Assembly: GCF_018350175.1 (NCBI RefSeq) | Contig: NC_058368.1 | Coordinates: forward strand, 159,776,001-159,840,000 | Direction of reading: 5' to 3' | Origin: Felis catus | Lineage: Eukaryota | Length of the DNA: 64,000 bases | In this document: piece after piece, positions 63,900 to 64,000 of the stretch | Layout of the letters: each line of letters starts with the position of its first letter | Numbering within the stretch: the first letter of the stretch is position 1 | The notes under the pieces: model-generated | The model's database searches: none | Told to the model about the DNA's origin: nothing | What the model saw: only the letters and a program-made list of their open reading frames with translations | Translations under genes and position numbers: made by a program

Positions 63900-64000
63900 T
63901 TATTTCAGCGAAAGTCCAGAGGGCCGTTCCTGCCACTACCCCAACGCCTTACACCAACCCCCGCCCCCGCCCCCGCCCCCACACATACCCACTATTTATA
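63900..64000. promoter_or_regulatory. Promoter-like edge: three tandem GC boxes and a TATA/MEF2-like ctatttata
   Basis: cccccgcccccgcccccgccccc at 63958-63980; ctatttata at 63992-64000; CpG density rises from about 63500. Confidence 0.5.

Noticed and set aside
1..64000. CRISPR array, prokaryotic operon or viral/horizontally transferred insert
   Set aside because: No regularly spaced repeat-spacer array, no gene-dense block, and no compositional island other than the L1 5' UTR and the right edge.

Overview
AT-rich mammalian genomic DNA, almost certainly from a cat-family (felid) genome: the tRNA-derived Can-SINEs carry felid-type body and tail sequences, and the young L1 is carnivore/felid type. 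I could not recognise any host protein-coding gene, rRNA, tRNA or CRISPR array. Nearly all ORF-track entries are repeat-derived or chance ORFs. Content: about 25 Can-SINEs, most with target-site duplications (TSDs) readable by eye; one full-length L1 (47031-52950, open ORF1, dead ORF2) inserted into a SINE; two young truncated L1 3' ends; nested ancient L1s; L2/MIR; MaLR and ERVL LTRs; an ERVL integrase fossil; DNA transposon MITEs (MER5, MER81, MER82, MER91, MER94-like); microsatellites; and a GC-box-rich, promoter-like edge at the right end. I did not find a supportable new biological system. The most unusual observations are mechanistic footprints: an order-permuted local duplication on either side of the L1, two SINE pairs that each reused one endonuclease site, a probable twin-primed L1 inversion, a tail-only SINE insertion and hairpin-linked micro-duplications. 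Repeat family names are from recalled consensus sequences and need RepeatMasker/Dfam confirmation.
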